Shown here: positions 32,444 to 42,244 of the stretch, in pieces
How the letters are laid out: every line of letters begins with the position of its first letter
Numbering within the stretch: position 1 is the stretch's first letter
DNA from: Pseudomonadota bacterium
GTDB taxonomy: Bacteria; Bdellovibrionota_C; UBA2361; OMII01
Length of the DNA: 64,000 bases
Reading direction: 5' to 3'
Assembly (NCBI GenBank): GCA_027485595.1
Contig: JAIXQT010000185.1
Coordinates: 727 to 64,726 of the forward strand
Made by a program: the position numbers and the translations under genes
The notes under the pieces: model-generated
Told to the model about the DNA's origin: nothing
The model's database searches: none
The model's input: the letters and a program-made list of their open reading frames with translations, nothing else

Positions 32444-34255
32444 CTAGATCAGGGTAAGGATGTACCCCACGCCGAAGATCCCAATACTCGCGATAAAGGT
32501 CCCCCAGTAAACGCCACCCTGGTCGGTCTTACGGAGGTACATCTGCTGCGTAATCGAGATAATGTTGTTCACAAGCCAGTAAAGTACAAGGCCGGCCGGC
32601 ATCGGGAACACGATGAACATTCCCGCGAACACGATAGGCATGAACATCATAACCTTCTGCTGGGTAGGATCCGCTGAGGGGTTCGGGGTCGTCCACTGCT
32701 GGATGATCATACTTGCCGCCATGAGGAGCACCATCACGGGGACACCGATACCGAAGATCTCAAGCTTCTCGGGCGACGAAAGGTCAGTAATCCACAAAGC
32801 GAACGGCGAGTGACGAAGCTCGATAGCGTTCAGAAGCGCTTGGTATAGACCGAAGAATACCGGAATCTGAATGAGCATCGGGAAACAACCGCCCATCGGA
32901 TTCACACCACGACGCTTGTAGAGCGCCATCATCTCTTGGTTCAACTGCGTCGGATCCTTAACGCGCTCACGAAGAGCCTTCATCTCCGGCTGAATCTCCT
33001 GCATCGCCTTCATCGACTTGAAACTCGCCTGCGAGAGGGGAAGGAGCGCGGTCTTGATGATCAACGTCAAGGCGATAATGGCGAGGCCGTAGTTGTGAAC
33101 GATGAGGTAGAGGTAGTGGAGCATCCACAATAGTGGAAGCGCTAAGAACGAGAAGAAGCCAAGATCAATAGCTCGCTCAAGCTGGAACGAACCGAGCTTC
33201 TCAAGGAGCGTGTAGACCTTTGGCCCTGCGTACACCGTGAAATTACCGCCGATGTCAGAGCCGGCCACGCGACCAATGTAGAGTTCACCATCTCGGGCGA
33301 GCGCTGCATTATTGTCAGCGAGCGGAGGGATTAAGCTCGACATGAAATAGAGATCGCCAAGGGCTATCCACCGCGAGGTCTCTCGTTGTTGAACCTTGAG
33401 GGCATCCGCTGAGAGGTGATGAATCTTATTTGCGCCATCGAGATAGGTCACGTGCGATAGCGCCGCGTTCCGAGACTTATCAACTGGAAACCGGTGCGCC
33501 CACTCAAGCCAAACAGACTGACCCGGCGCTATCGACCGACCAAGCGTTACGTTGACAGTAAAGAGGTAGGACCCCTCGGTGAAGGTCAGGCTCTTGGTAA
33601 TCGGAACTCCACTTGGAAGGGTGCCGGTGAAATCGAGCGTGACTGTTCCACCCTGAGCGATCTGTAGATTTGCCGGCGATTGAGCCACAGGGGCGCCGTT
33701 TGCTGACGTGAGGGTATATCGAACAAGCTCGTCGTTCTCACTCCCAACATACACGCCCAGCGGAAGGGCCGAGTCATGAAGATCGCCGATCATATCGAGG
33801 GGAGTCTCATCACCTTGCTTCGCTTTGTAGCTATTGAGCGCGTAACTCTGAACACGAGCGCCAAGGTGGGAGATTCCGATGCGGGACACTCCAGATTGAA
33901 CATAGCTTACTCCAGCGGCTTGAATATCAGATGCCGTTGGATGTTTCGGTTGCTGTGTACCTACAACCTGGACTGGACCCGACGGCTGCGCCAATGGTTG
34001 AGAGGAGGCCTGGATGGGAGATCCGACAGTCGACTGAGAGGCTTGCTGCGCCTGTTGCGGAGCGGGGGCGGCGGGAGAGGTTGGCTGCTTCTTGGGAGCG
34101 AGGAAGAAGTTCGTGTAGGTGAACACGACCAAAAGGCACACGATAACAGCTCGAACTGTTCGCTGGTTGAATTCTTGAGAATTGTCAGTCACGGAGACTC
34201 CTTGGGAACGTTGTGAAGTGGCGTCATTTGTAGGGGAACCCCTCCCACCCGTCAA
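32444..34255 (-). CDS. yidC: membrane protein insertase YidC
   Basis: 603 aa. Large periplasmic domain and conserved C-terminal TM core ([10 protein letters not shown].., [16 protein letters not shown]). The start overlaps the yidD stop by 4 nt. Confidence 0.93.
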   Translation of the reverse strand: MTGGRGSPTNDATSQRSQGVSVTDNSQEFNQRTVRAVIVCLLVVFTYTNFFLAPKKQPTSPAAPAPQQAQQASQSTVGSPIQASSQPLAQPSGPVQVVGTQQPKHPTASDIQAAGVSYVQSGVSRIGISHLGARVQSYALNSYKAKQGDETPLDMIGDLHDSALPLGVYVGSENDELVRYTLTSANGAPVAQSPANLQIAQGGTVTLDFTGTLPSGVPITKSLTFTEGSYLFTVNVTLGRSIAPGQSVWLEWAHRFPVDKSRNAALSHVTYLDGANKIHHLSADALKVQQRETSRWIALGDLYFMSSLIPPLADNNAALARDGELYIGRVAGSDIGGNFTVYAGPKVYTLLEKLGSFQLERAIDLGFFSFLALPLLWMLHYLYLIVHNYGLAIIALTLIIKTALLPLSQASFKSMKAMQEIQPEMKALRERVKDPTQLNQEMMALYKRRGVNPMGGCFPMLIQIPVFFGLYQALLNAIELRHSPFALWITDLSSPEKLEIFGIGVPVMVLLMAASMIIQQWTTPNPSADPTQQKVMMFMPIVFAGMFIVFPMPAGLVLYWLVNNIISITQQMYLRKTDQGGVYWGTFIASIGIFGVGYILTLI

Positions 34256-34491
34256 GGCACGGGGTCGAACCCACCAGGATTATACGGATGGCACCTGACT
34301 ATCCTGCGAAGCGCAAGCCAGGCGCCCCGAATCCATCCATGGATCTCAATGGCTTGAAGCGCGTAATCGGAACAGGTCGGCGAGAACCGGCATGCTCCGG
34401 TGAACATCCATGAGAACATCGCTTTATAGAGCCAATGAAGCGCTCGAGCGCACGGTCGGCGAGTTGTGACGGGGGATGTGGAGTCACACAC
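34252..34491 (-). CDS. yidD: membrane protein insertion efficiency factor YidD
   Basis: [33 protein letters not shown]. Confidence 0.85.
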   Translation of the reverse strand: MCDSTSPVTTRRPCARALHWLYKAMFSWMFTGACRFSPTCSDYALQAIEIHGWIRGAWLALRRIVRCHPYNPGGFDPVP

Positions 34492-34500
34492 GGAAGTCTC

Positions 34501-34878
34501 CTACCTATCTTTAGGAAGGTAGCCCTTCGAGCGCAGCGCTCCGAGAACCTCTCGACGATAGTCATCGAACTCACAGTCCTGGACACCACGGCGGGCGACC
34601 ACGACCATGTCGAGGGGCTCTGTAAGATTGTGACGGATAGTGCGGAATATCTCCCGCAAGCGGCGCTTTATCTTATTCCGAACGTTTGCGCGCTTCTCTA
34701 TCTTAGTTGTAACGGCTATGGCGAGCCTGCTCTCTTTCGTTTCTGATGGAATTACGAGCAGGAGAAAATGTTTGGAGTAAAGCTTACTCCCCTGTTGCTG
34801 GCACCGTTCTATATCAGATCGTTTACGAAGCCGGGCCTCAGGCCCAAGCCTCAGGCGTGAACTAACGCCAACCTTCAG
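34501..34878 (-). CDS. rnpA: ribonuclease P protein component; start codon uncertain and non-canonical
   Basis: Manual translation: ..RLGPEARLRKRSDIERCQQQGSKLYSKHFLLLVIPSETKESRLAIAVTTKIEKRANVRNKIKRRLREIFRTIRHNLTEPLDMVVVARRG.. It sits in the conserved rpmH-rnpA-yidD order. The frame is open from 34914, but no ATG/GTG/TTG precedes the conserved N-terminal region. CTG codons are at 34878 and 34854. Confidence 0.7.
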   Translation of the reverse strand: MKVGVSSRLRLGPEARLRKRSDIERCQQQGSKLYSKHFLLLVIPSETKESRLAIAVTTKIEKRANVRNKIKRRLREIFRTIRHNLTEPLDMVVVARRGVQDCEFDDYRREVLGALRSKGYLPKDR

Positions 34879-34885
34879 GTCTAAA

Positions 34886-35047
34886 CTACCGATAGTGCCC
34901 CTTGCGCGGCGAGGTTACCGAGATCTTCTTGCGACCACGAGCACGACGTGCGTTAAGGACCTTGCGGCCACCCTTGGTCGACATTCTCTTTCTAAAGCCG
35001 TGAGTCGTCTGACGACTCTTTTTGCTTGGTTTATACGTGCGTTTCAT
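34886..35047 (-). CDS. rpmH: 50S ribosomal protein L34
   Basis: Manual translation: [53 protein letters not shown]. Too short to appear in the ORF track. Confidence 0.9.
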   Translation of the reverse strand: MKRTYKPSKKSRQTTHGFRKRMSTKGGRKVLNARRARGRKKISVTSPRKGHYR

Positions 35048-35443
35048 AGCGTAACTACCTACTACGTGAGGCGGGCATAGTAGAGGCTTTCACCTCTCAG
35101 GTCAACCGCAGGGGGCGCAAGCATAGTACCATCGCTTGCATGGGCGCAAGATAGGTTTCAAAGAACCAAAAAGATCAACGATACCAGGGCACTACCGCCA
35201 CCCCTTCACCGCTTTTCCTCCCGATCATCATCCTCCTTGTAATAATTCTCACTCGCTTTACCCCACACATTCACATGTGAATTCCCGCCGGCCCAATATG
35301 ACTGCCGATTTGAACGAACCTTAGGACGTGAGACGGATTCGGGAAGGAAGTTGATGTAGCAGGTAGTTAAAAGCGCAGGATTTTGAGGGGCATAGCGACC
35401 AGGACAAAACGTTACAGGAGATAGTCATCAGACTCCCGACCCA

Positions 35444-36535
35444 TCACCCATCACGAGCCGCAAGAATATTCTCAATAGTCATCACCACGCCATCGAGGGC
35501 GGATTCCAAAGTGATCCGGGAGATAAAGTCTACACCCTCTTGAGCTATCGACCGGGCCTCCTCATCGTGAGCGATGAGCCACTGATGAACCTCACTCAAC
35601 TCCTTCACATCGCGAGACAGAGGGACGTAGTGTCGCCACGGCGTTAACGAACGGTGATACCACTGCTCAAAAGGGCTATCGATCTTCAGAACGACGGACC
35701 CCATCATCAACTTTAAGAAGAGAGACTTCCACGCGCAGTGGTGACCATCCGCATCCACCACGAACTTGAAGTTAAAGAAGTGCTCAAAAGGCACTTCATC
35801 ATGCAGAACGCCCTCTCGCACGAGATTTGAGATCTGATGAGGTGGGAGGTGCTTAATCCGCGTGAACTTCGCGTCAACAACACTCGAATCACCGACCTCC
35901 TTTGCTGCCAGCACAAGCTTAGCGCGAGCAGCACCTCTCCACTCAGGCCCCTCGATACCGATACCGGTCGCGGCCCCACGCCAAAAGATAGTTGGGCGTC
36001 GTTGAGCCCACGGAACATGAGAGGCGAGCACTTCTGACTCTCTGCGCTCTTCCCTATACCCCAAGGCTCCAATGAACGCTGGATCGGGAATTAAGAACGT
36101 TGTTGAATCGCCGATGTTTCGGCCGAACGAGAGGATCGGAACACGACGGGAGTACCCCTGACACCACTCCCACATCCCGTCTTCAAGCCACACCACGAAA
36201 CGGCCGCGAAGACCAGCCAGACGCGGATGTTTCGCCACCGCGTTACAGAGCTGCATGACAAGCGGGTAGTGCCCCTCATTTCGCGCCCACGTTTTCTGGC
36301 TGACCGAGAACGAGACCCTTCCCTCGCCGTGAAGGGTAACAATCGCGAACATCCATTCGTGGCTGAGTTCCGCGCACAACGCGTCAATCGCCTCTTCCGT
36401 GTACCGGGAGTGCTTCCAAAAAAAAGCCGGAGCCTCGTTGTACGCGGGTATAGGCTTACCCTCCCCCGTGCCAGAGAGCCGTGCGCCACATTGTTGTTCA
36501 CGTACCTCTGTCATGGCGTTCCTTATCACCATCAC
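35444..36535 (-). CDS. glycosyltransferase family 90 (CAP10/LpsA-like) protein
   Basis: TIFWRGAATG and FKFVVDADGHHCAWKSLFLKLMMGSVVLKIDSPFEQWYHRSLTPWRHYVPLSRDVKEL match the GT90 signature region. Confidence 0.65.
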   Translation of the reverse strand: MMVIRNAMTEVREQQCGARLSGTGEGKPIPAYNEAPAFFWKHSRYTEEAIDALCAELSHEWMFAIVTLHGEGRVSFSVSQKTWARNEGHYPLVMQLCNAVAKHPRLAGLRGRFVVWLEDGMWEWCQGYSRRVPILSFGRNIGDSTTFLIPDPAFIGALGYREERRESEVLASHVPWAQRRPTIFWRGAATGIGIEGPEWRGAARAKLVLAAKEVGDSSVVDAKFTRIKHLPPHQISNLVREGVLHDEVPFEHFFNFKFVVDADGHHCAWKSLFLKLMMGSVVLKIDSPFEQWYHRSLTPWRHYVPLSRDVKELSEVHQWLIAHDEEARSIAQEGVDFISRITLESALDGVVMTIENILAARDG

Positions 36536-36547
36536 GGGCTCTCCAAG

Positions 36548-38323
36548 CTAGGGAGCGATCCCCCCGAATAGGGGAGAGCTCATCTCTCCCGAGTGAAGCT
36601 CTAACCATTGAGAGCGAACTCGATTGGCGTCCTCATACCGACCCTCTCGATCGAGAGCCTCCGCGAGATAAAACAACGCTGGACCATACTCGGGGTTTTG
36701 TTCAACGATAGCCTGCAACGCATCACTTGCGAGACCTGGCTGAATCGCTGGCGAATCCCTCGGGATTCTTTGCATGACGAGTTGTGCGCACTGCCACAAA
36801 TCGTCCGGAAGAACGAGTCCAAACCCGTTCTTGGCGCGCATGATCGAGAACGGATTGCGCCGTAGCTCTCGAGCGAGCTCATCAACCACGACGGAATTCT
36901 CATACAATCGAAAGGGGGCTTCGTGCTTATGAGAGAGGCTCGGTAGAGGCTTTAGCAACGGTTCGCTCACAATACGCCATGCCTTGTGAGCGAGCATCAC
37001 CATCAGTCGCTTCATGCTGAACTCGAACTCTGGAAATCGGTCATGAAGCGAGAAGCCCCCACTATCTAGCCACGCGAGTTTTCGAACAACGAACTCAAGT
37101 GGCGAAACAGGAGAGAGAGAAAACGGCCCAGCTGGATTAAAGATTCGAGTTCCGTGCTTCGTAAGAAAGAGCTTCTCGGAGGTCTCTTGGTCCAGACTCG
37201 GGAGCGCAAGACCGATCTCGTCCCGCGAGAAGAGTCTGAAGATATCGGCGGCGAAGCTATCGGGAATCGAACGAGTCGAGGAGAGGCAGGCGACGATGTG
37301 CGACCGCGCCGCTCGAACCCCCGCGTCAACCGCCGCGGAGTGCGAACGTCCCCCATCTGATGGCAGAGCCACGTAGTGGAGCGCGATATTTTTGTTCCGA
37401 GCGCCATGGGCCCACACACCATCAGCCATGACGCGATTCGCCTCAGGAGAACCTGAGGCGTCAACGACTACGACCTCGAGAGACGGAAGCGTTTGTGCGG
37501 CTAACTGACGCAACAACGGCTGAACATCATCGAGGGAGGTTGTGACAGGCACAACAAAGGAGATATTTTGCTCTGGCTGAACCCGACGAGAGGCGTGCCG
37601 ACGGTACACCCGAGACATCTCTGTTTGGAGCGCGGAGGTATCAGCCCCCTTGGCAAACAGGTCTCGGTGATGACGATACGCGAGGGTATGAGGTGTCCTC
37701 AGGGATAGTGGGTAGAGCTCTTGAACGCGCAGCCAGAGATCGAGATCCATCGCGAAGTGCAGCCCTTCGTCAAATACCTCACTCGGTTCGACCTGTAATT
37801 CAGAGAGGATGCTTCGCTTAAAGAATAATCCGGGCTGCGCTGGAAGAGCGTGAGCGACCCAGTACTTGATCGTATCGAACCATGAGCGCTCGACGTTCTC
37901 GACCCTTGCGATCATGGCTCCATTTTCATTGAGAATTCCACAAGCTCCCATCACCACAGGGTGCCGCTCAATCTCAGAACGAACCTCTGCGAACGCTCCC
38001 TTTGCGTATCGATCGCTCGGATGAAGCCACGAAACGATCTCACCTGAGGCGACCGAGAACCCAAGGTTGAGCGCTTGCGAAACCGAAACGAACGGCGCTC
38101 TGATAACGGTGAGGCCCGGGTACTCAGCCAAGATCTCCTCAGTGTCATCGGTGGAACCACCTTCAACAATGATGTGCTCCACAGACGTGCTGTCCTCTTG
38201 CGCGCGCACAGACTCAATCGCGCCGCGAAGGCGCGATCCCTGATTCAGGGATGCCGTGATAATTGAGAACATTGGTCGTTTCATTCGCTCTTCGTCAGTA
38301 CCGTGCGGACACTGCATGCCCAT
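36548..38323 (-). CDS. glycosyltransferase family 2 protein with a second GT-like module and a C-terminal TPR-like tail
   Basis: FSIITASLNQG..IIVEGGSTDDT..WLHPSDRY, then ISFVVPVTT..VVVVDASGSPE. The likely start is the ATG at 38284 (MKRPMFSII). Confidence 0.75.
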   Translation of the reverse strand: MGMQCPHGTDEERMKRPMFSIITASLNQGSRLRGAIESVRAQEDSTSVEHIIVEGGSTDDTEEILAEYPGLTVIRAPFVSVSQALNLGFSVASGEIVSWLHPSDRYAKGAFAEVRSEIERHPVVMGACGILNENGAMIARVENVERSWFDTIKYWVAHALPAQPGLFFKRSILSELQVEPSEVFDEGLHFAMDLDLWLRVQELYPLSLRTPHTLAYRHHRDLFAKGADTSALQTEMSRVYRRHASRRVQPEQNISFVVPVTTSLDDVQPLLRQLAAQTLPSLEVVVVDASGSPEANRVMADGVWAHGARNKNIALHYVALPSDGGRSHSAAVDAGVRAARSHIVACLSSTRSIPDSFAADIFRLFSRDEIGLALPSLDQETSEKLFLTKHGTRIFNPAGPFSLSPVSPLEFVVRKLAWLDSGGFSLHDRFPEFEFSMKRLMVMLAHKAWRIVSEPLLKPLPSLSHKHEAPFRLYENSVVVDELARELRRNPFSIMRAKNGFGLVLPDDLWQCAQLVMQRIPRDSPAIQPGLASDALQAIVEQNPEYGPALFYLAEALDREGRYEDANRVRSQWLELHSGEMSSPLFGGIAP

Positions 38324-38707
38324 GTCGGCATATCAGCCGTGGCCGCACGGGCCGTCTATGAGTGTTACGATGAGGCGGGATCCCGATTTGCTTCTTGAAA
38401 GAGCATCCACAGCCACCGGGAGCAGAATAGATAATTGTCTCAGATCAGATAGTTGCACCCCCACGAGCGGATGTGGACGGCCCTCAAGAAACCAGCAACA
38501 CATCACAAGAAACGTCGGTTTACGTTCAGGAGTATACTCCGCAAGGGAGCCAAGTGCCTGTTATCAAACAGATTAGAGGGGGATTCTTTGATCAAAAAAC
38601 CTTTGCTGGGGTACGCAACCGTGGTACGTTCGCCCCGGTAGTTATAAAACATCACGCACTCCCATTATCGAAGTCGCATGACACCGCAGGCTGAACAGAC
38701 AAGAGAT

Positions 38708-39019
38708 TCAAGGCAGGAAGGTCGACAACAACAGTTCGATCTCGGACAACTCGTTGCCCCGGCACTGCGCCTTGGGCTTGAGTTGCACTCCTTTGGCCCT
38801 CGCTCCCAAGCCGTTCGAGACCTCTTTCGCGAGCAGCCTGACATCTTCCGGGGCACAAATGTCGCCGATGGGACCAATCTCCCAAGCGTTAAAAATATTC
38901 TGGTCTCCGCAGCCCTTGAGGACCGCGCGCGCCTGAAAGCTGCCTAAGTAAGCGAGGCAACTCGCCTCCCTGCTGCGAAAGCGTATCTTGGGTCGCTCTT
39001 CCCTAAGATTATCGTCCAC
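38708..39019 (-). CDS. possible small hypothetical protein
   Basis: 103-aa GTG ORF with gene-like codon usage (..LKGCGDQNIFNAWEIGPIGDICAPEDVRLLAKEV..). No motif recognised. Confidence 0.35.
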   Translation of the reverse strand: MDDNLREERPKIRFRSREASCLAYLGSFQARAVLKGCGDQNIFNAWEIGPIGDICAPEDVRLLAKEVSNGLGARAKGVQLKPKAQCRGNELSEIELLLSTFLP

Positions 39020-39067
39020 GCCACAACGATCGTTTCTCTACCAGCATGCTCCTGCTAGAAATTGGTC

Positions 39068-41266
39068 ATGCGATTCGTTCTACGTACTATTCTTTTTCTC
39101 CCTTTAGGCATTTTTTTCTTCCTGTCAGTGTCAGGCTGCGGAGATCCGAGCGTCAGCAAGGGACCTCACATCGAGGTTAAGCTTATCGCTGACCAACAAA
39201 CCCTCACACCTGGCTCGTACTTCCGCTTGGGAGTCCACTTTAAACCTGAGGCTGGATGGCACATCTACTGGAAGAACCCGGGCGACTCAGGTCTCGCGCC
39301 CCGCTTCGCGTGGGAGTCATCCGGAGGAGTTGCTGTCGACCATCCGCTATGGCCCTACCCTCAAAAGATCGCCGTTGGCCCACTCGTAAACTACGGGTAC
39401 GACGAAGTACTAATCCCCTTCCCCGCAACCTTCTCCGCCCCCCCACCCCGCGCGAAGAGCACAACCGTCACCCTCTCACTTCAATATCTAGTGTGCAAAG
39501 ACGAGTGTCTCCCCGGAGAGGCCCAACTTGCGCTGACCATCCCGATCTCAAAAAACGCTTCAGCTCCTTCGGAGTATGAGCGTCTCTTCGCCCTCGCAGA
39601 GAGGAATCTTCCAACCACCCTTGAGCGTGTCTCGATAGCCGTCGAGGAGCAACAGGACCAGATCATCGTCGCCCTCATTCCCCTGGAGCCCCGCTTCTTT
39701 CCTGGAGCGATAACCTTCTTTCCTCAGGACCCCGGCGTCATCTCAAATTCCGCGCCACAAGAAGTTTCGCTCGATAGCGGCGCGCTCCGTATCGCGCTCA
39801 AACGCGCCCCCAATCGACGAGACTCGGTACGACGACTGCGTGGCGTCCTCTACTCACCGCAGGGATGGTCAGAGAGCGGAGAGCCAAAAGCGATTGAGAT
39901 TGACACGAATCCAGAGGGTGCTGATGGTGCCGACGCTCCGCGTGGCTCCCAAAACGCGGCGATTACCCCAGTGTATCCAGGGGGAGAAAACGTCGGTTTC
40001 TTGGCCGCGATCTTCTTCGCGCTTCTCGGTGGATTAATCCTCAACGTCATGCCGTGCGTATTCCCAGTCCTCTCGATCAAGATCCTAAGCTTCATCGAGC
40101 AGTCCGGTAACGAGCCTAAGAAGATTAAGATGCACGGTCTCGCTTTTGCAGCGGGGGTCGTCATCTCATTTTGGATTTTCGCCGGAATCTTACTCGCGCT
40201 ACGCGCTGGCGGTGAGCAGCTCGGTTGGGGTTTTCAACTTCAATCACCCGCATTCGTCGCGACGATGATATTCATTCTGTTTGGACTTGGCTTCCTGTTC
40301 CTGAGCGACATCGCGTTGGGCACCTTCATTCAACGTGTCGCAGGCAAGGCGAAGATCTCAACCACCTATGCGGGCTCGTTCTGCAACGGAGCGCTCGCAA
40401 CCGCGGTAGCGACCCCGTGCACGGGGCCATTTATGGGATCCGCGCTCGCCGCAACGTTGACCCTCTCAGCGGTCGAGAACCTCTCGATTTTCACCGCTCT
40501 CGGCATTGGCATGAGCCTTCCCTACTTAGCGATCGCGTTCAAACCTCAGCTCCTTCAGCGTCTTCCACGCCCAGGAGCTTGGATGGAGAGCTTCAAGCAG
40601 CTCATGGCGTTTCCACTCTTCGCCTCTGTTGTGTGGCTGACTCGCGTGTTCGCACGACAGATGGGTCTTGAGGCACCTGGGCTCGATCTCCTCGCGGATC
40701 TGCTGTGGGGCGTGCTGCTCGTTGGATTCGCGTTTTGGCTCATCCTCCGTGCTCGAGATGTGTCATCCCCGCTGACGCAACGAGCGGTGCGAGCTGCGGC
40801 TCTTGCGCTCTTTGTCATCGGATTCGCCAAGGGACTGCCGTCATCGAAAGAGATTGAGGGCTCTCGGTCTCGGGAGTGTCTCGCTAACGAAACCACAACA
40901 GCGGAGCCAGACGCGTTTGGATTAATCTGGGAGCCTTACTCAGAGGCGCGCCTCTCTGCCCTCATGGCGCAGGGGCGATCGATCTACCTCGATTTCACCG
41001 CCGAGTGGTGCATTACATGCCAAGTCAATGAGAGGATCGTTTTTAGTTCAAGCGAGGTGCGGGCGCTCATCGTGCAAAAAAACGTCGCTCTCATGAAAGG
41101 GGACTGGACGACAAGGAGCCCCTCCATCACCGCGGCTCTTCGTCGATACGGAAGAAACGGAGTACCTCTCAACGTGATCATCAAGGACGGAAAACAGGAT
41201 TCAGCGATCGTGCTTCCTAACATCCTGACTCCAGGAGCGGTAGTGGCGGAGCTCGAGCGATTGTAG
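39068..41266 (+). CDS. dsbD: DsbD/ScsB-family thiol:disulfide interchange protein (lipoprotein-type N-terminus)
   Basis: Lipobox LSVSGC, TM core cysteines NVMPCVFPVLS and ATPCTGPFMG, and a C-terminal thioredoxin fold with AEWCITCQ. Confidence 0.85.
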   Translation: MRFVLRTILFLPLGIFFFLSVSGCGDPSVSKGPHIEVKLIADQQTLTPGSYFRLGVHFKPEAGWHIYWKNPGDSGLAPRFAWESSGGVAVDHPLWPYPQKIAVGPLVNYGYDEVLIPFPATFSAPPPRAKSTTVTLSLQYLVCKDECLPGEAQLALTIPISKNASAPSEYERLFALAERNLPTTLERVSIAVEEQQDQIIVALIPLEPRFFPGAITFFPQDPGVISNSAPQEVSLDSGALRIALKRAPNRRDSVRRLRGVLYSPQGWSESGEPKAIEIDTNPEGADGADAPRGSQNAAITPVYPGGENVGFLAAIFFALLGGLILNVMPCVFPVLSIKILSFIEQSGNEPKKIKMHGLAFAAGVVISFWIFAGILLALRAGGEQLGWGFQLQSPAFVATMIFILFGLGFLFLSDIALGTFIQRVAGKAKISTTYAGSFCNGALATAVATPCTGPFMGSALAATLTLSAVENLSIFTALGIGMSLPYLAIAFKPQLLQRLPRPGAWMESFKQLMAFPLFASVVWLTRVFARQMGLEAPGLDLLADLLWGVLLVGFAFWLILRARDVSSPLTQRAVRAAALALFVIGFAKGLPSSKEIEGSRSRECLANETTTAEPDAFGLIWEPYSEARLSALMAQGRSIYLDFTAEWCITCQVNERIVFSSSEVRALIVQKNVALMKGDWTTRSPSITAALRRYGRNGVPLNVIIKDGKQDSAIVLPNILTPGAVVAELERL

Positions 41267-41360
41267 GCTCAACATCCGCAAGAGGGATCTCAGTTATGGC
41301 GCTTCGAGGGAAGAGATCGTAGCCTCGAGCTCGTCATGGTGTATTAATTGGAGGCTCTCT

Positions 41361-41990
41361 ATGAATGTCATTCGCCCCGTTGTGAAGCAACTAACCGCGT
41401 CTCTTCTCGCGCTCTGCGCGGTACTAACCACCCCTCAAACGGCGCTCTCCGAAGCGGTTGTTGGGGAACAAGCACCGACCTTTACGGCGAAAGATTCAAC
41501 CGGTAAAGAGGTCTCCCTCAACAACTTCAAGGGGAAGATCGTCGTTCTCGAGTGGTTCAATCAGAACTGCCCCTTTGTGAAAAAATTCTACAAGGGTGGA
41601 GATATGCAGAGATTCCAACAGGAGCTGGGAGCCAAAGGCGTTGTATGGCTCACCGTTTCCTCCTCCGCTCCTGGAAAGAGCGGTCACCTTACCGCTGAAC
41701 AGGCGGAGACGACTCGCGCCGAACTGGGCATGAAATCATCAGCGCTCGTGCTCGATGAGAGCGGAGTTATCGGCAAAGCATACGGAGCACGTACGACTCC
41801 GCACATGTTTGTGATCTCGGCGGACGGCAAGCTCGCCTACGCGGGGGCGATCGACAGCGAGAGCTCGACCGACGCGGACGACATCGCTAACTCGAAGAAC
41901 TACGTGGTCGAGGCAGTTACTAATCTCCTTGCCAACAAGTCGGTTGAGACAAGCTCGACCGAGGCGTACGGGTGTTCCGTGAAGTATTAA
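41361..41990 (+). CDS. secreted redoxin / thioredoxin-fold (TlpA/AhpC-like) protein
   Basis: Signal peptide. KIVVLEWFNQNCPFVKKFY is typical of the one-Cys redoxin family. It follows dsbD. Confidence 0.7.
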   Translation: MNVIRPVVKQLTASLLALCAVLTTPQTALSEAVVGEQAPTFTAKDSTGKEVSLNNFKGKIVVLEWFNQNCPFVKKFYKGGDMQRFQQELGAKGVVWLTVSSSAPGKSGHLTAEQAETTRAELGMKSSALVLDESGVIGKAYGARTTPHMFVISADGKLAYAGAIDSESSTDADDIANSKNYVVEAVTNLLANKSVETSSTEAYGCSVKY

Positions 41991-42012
41991 CGAGCTCATC
42001 TGTGCTTGGTAA

Positions 42013-42054
42013 GGTCGGGCTTCGTCATCTTTGATGAGGCCCGACTTTTTTATT
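42013..42054 (+). terminator. intrinsic terminator
   Basis: Hairpin ggtcgggc..tcatc ttt gatga..gcccgac followed by ttttttatt. Confidence 0.75.
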
Positions 42055-42244
42055 GGTGGCAACAAAGCGGCGGCTTTGCCGATATCCCCTCGCAACACTC
42101 CCAGTTCTCTGGGTACATTATGCCCCTGAAGCGGGGGAACGCCCCACTACAACACACCGTTCTAAATAGCTCGTTTTGTAACAAATTGCCCCAAAGGGTT
42201 GCGCTCAGGGGTACATCCTTTGTAACAATGGCAACGGATTAAAG

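Noticed and set aside
38256-38700. Small plus-strand ORFs upstream of the GT2 gene (38256..38576, 38453..38641, 38473..38694)
   Set aside because: They are mutually overlapping short frames with an unremarkable composition in a promoter region. Nothing supports them as coding.
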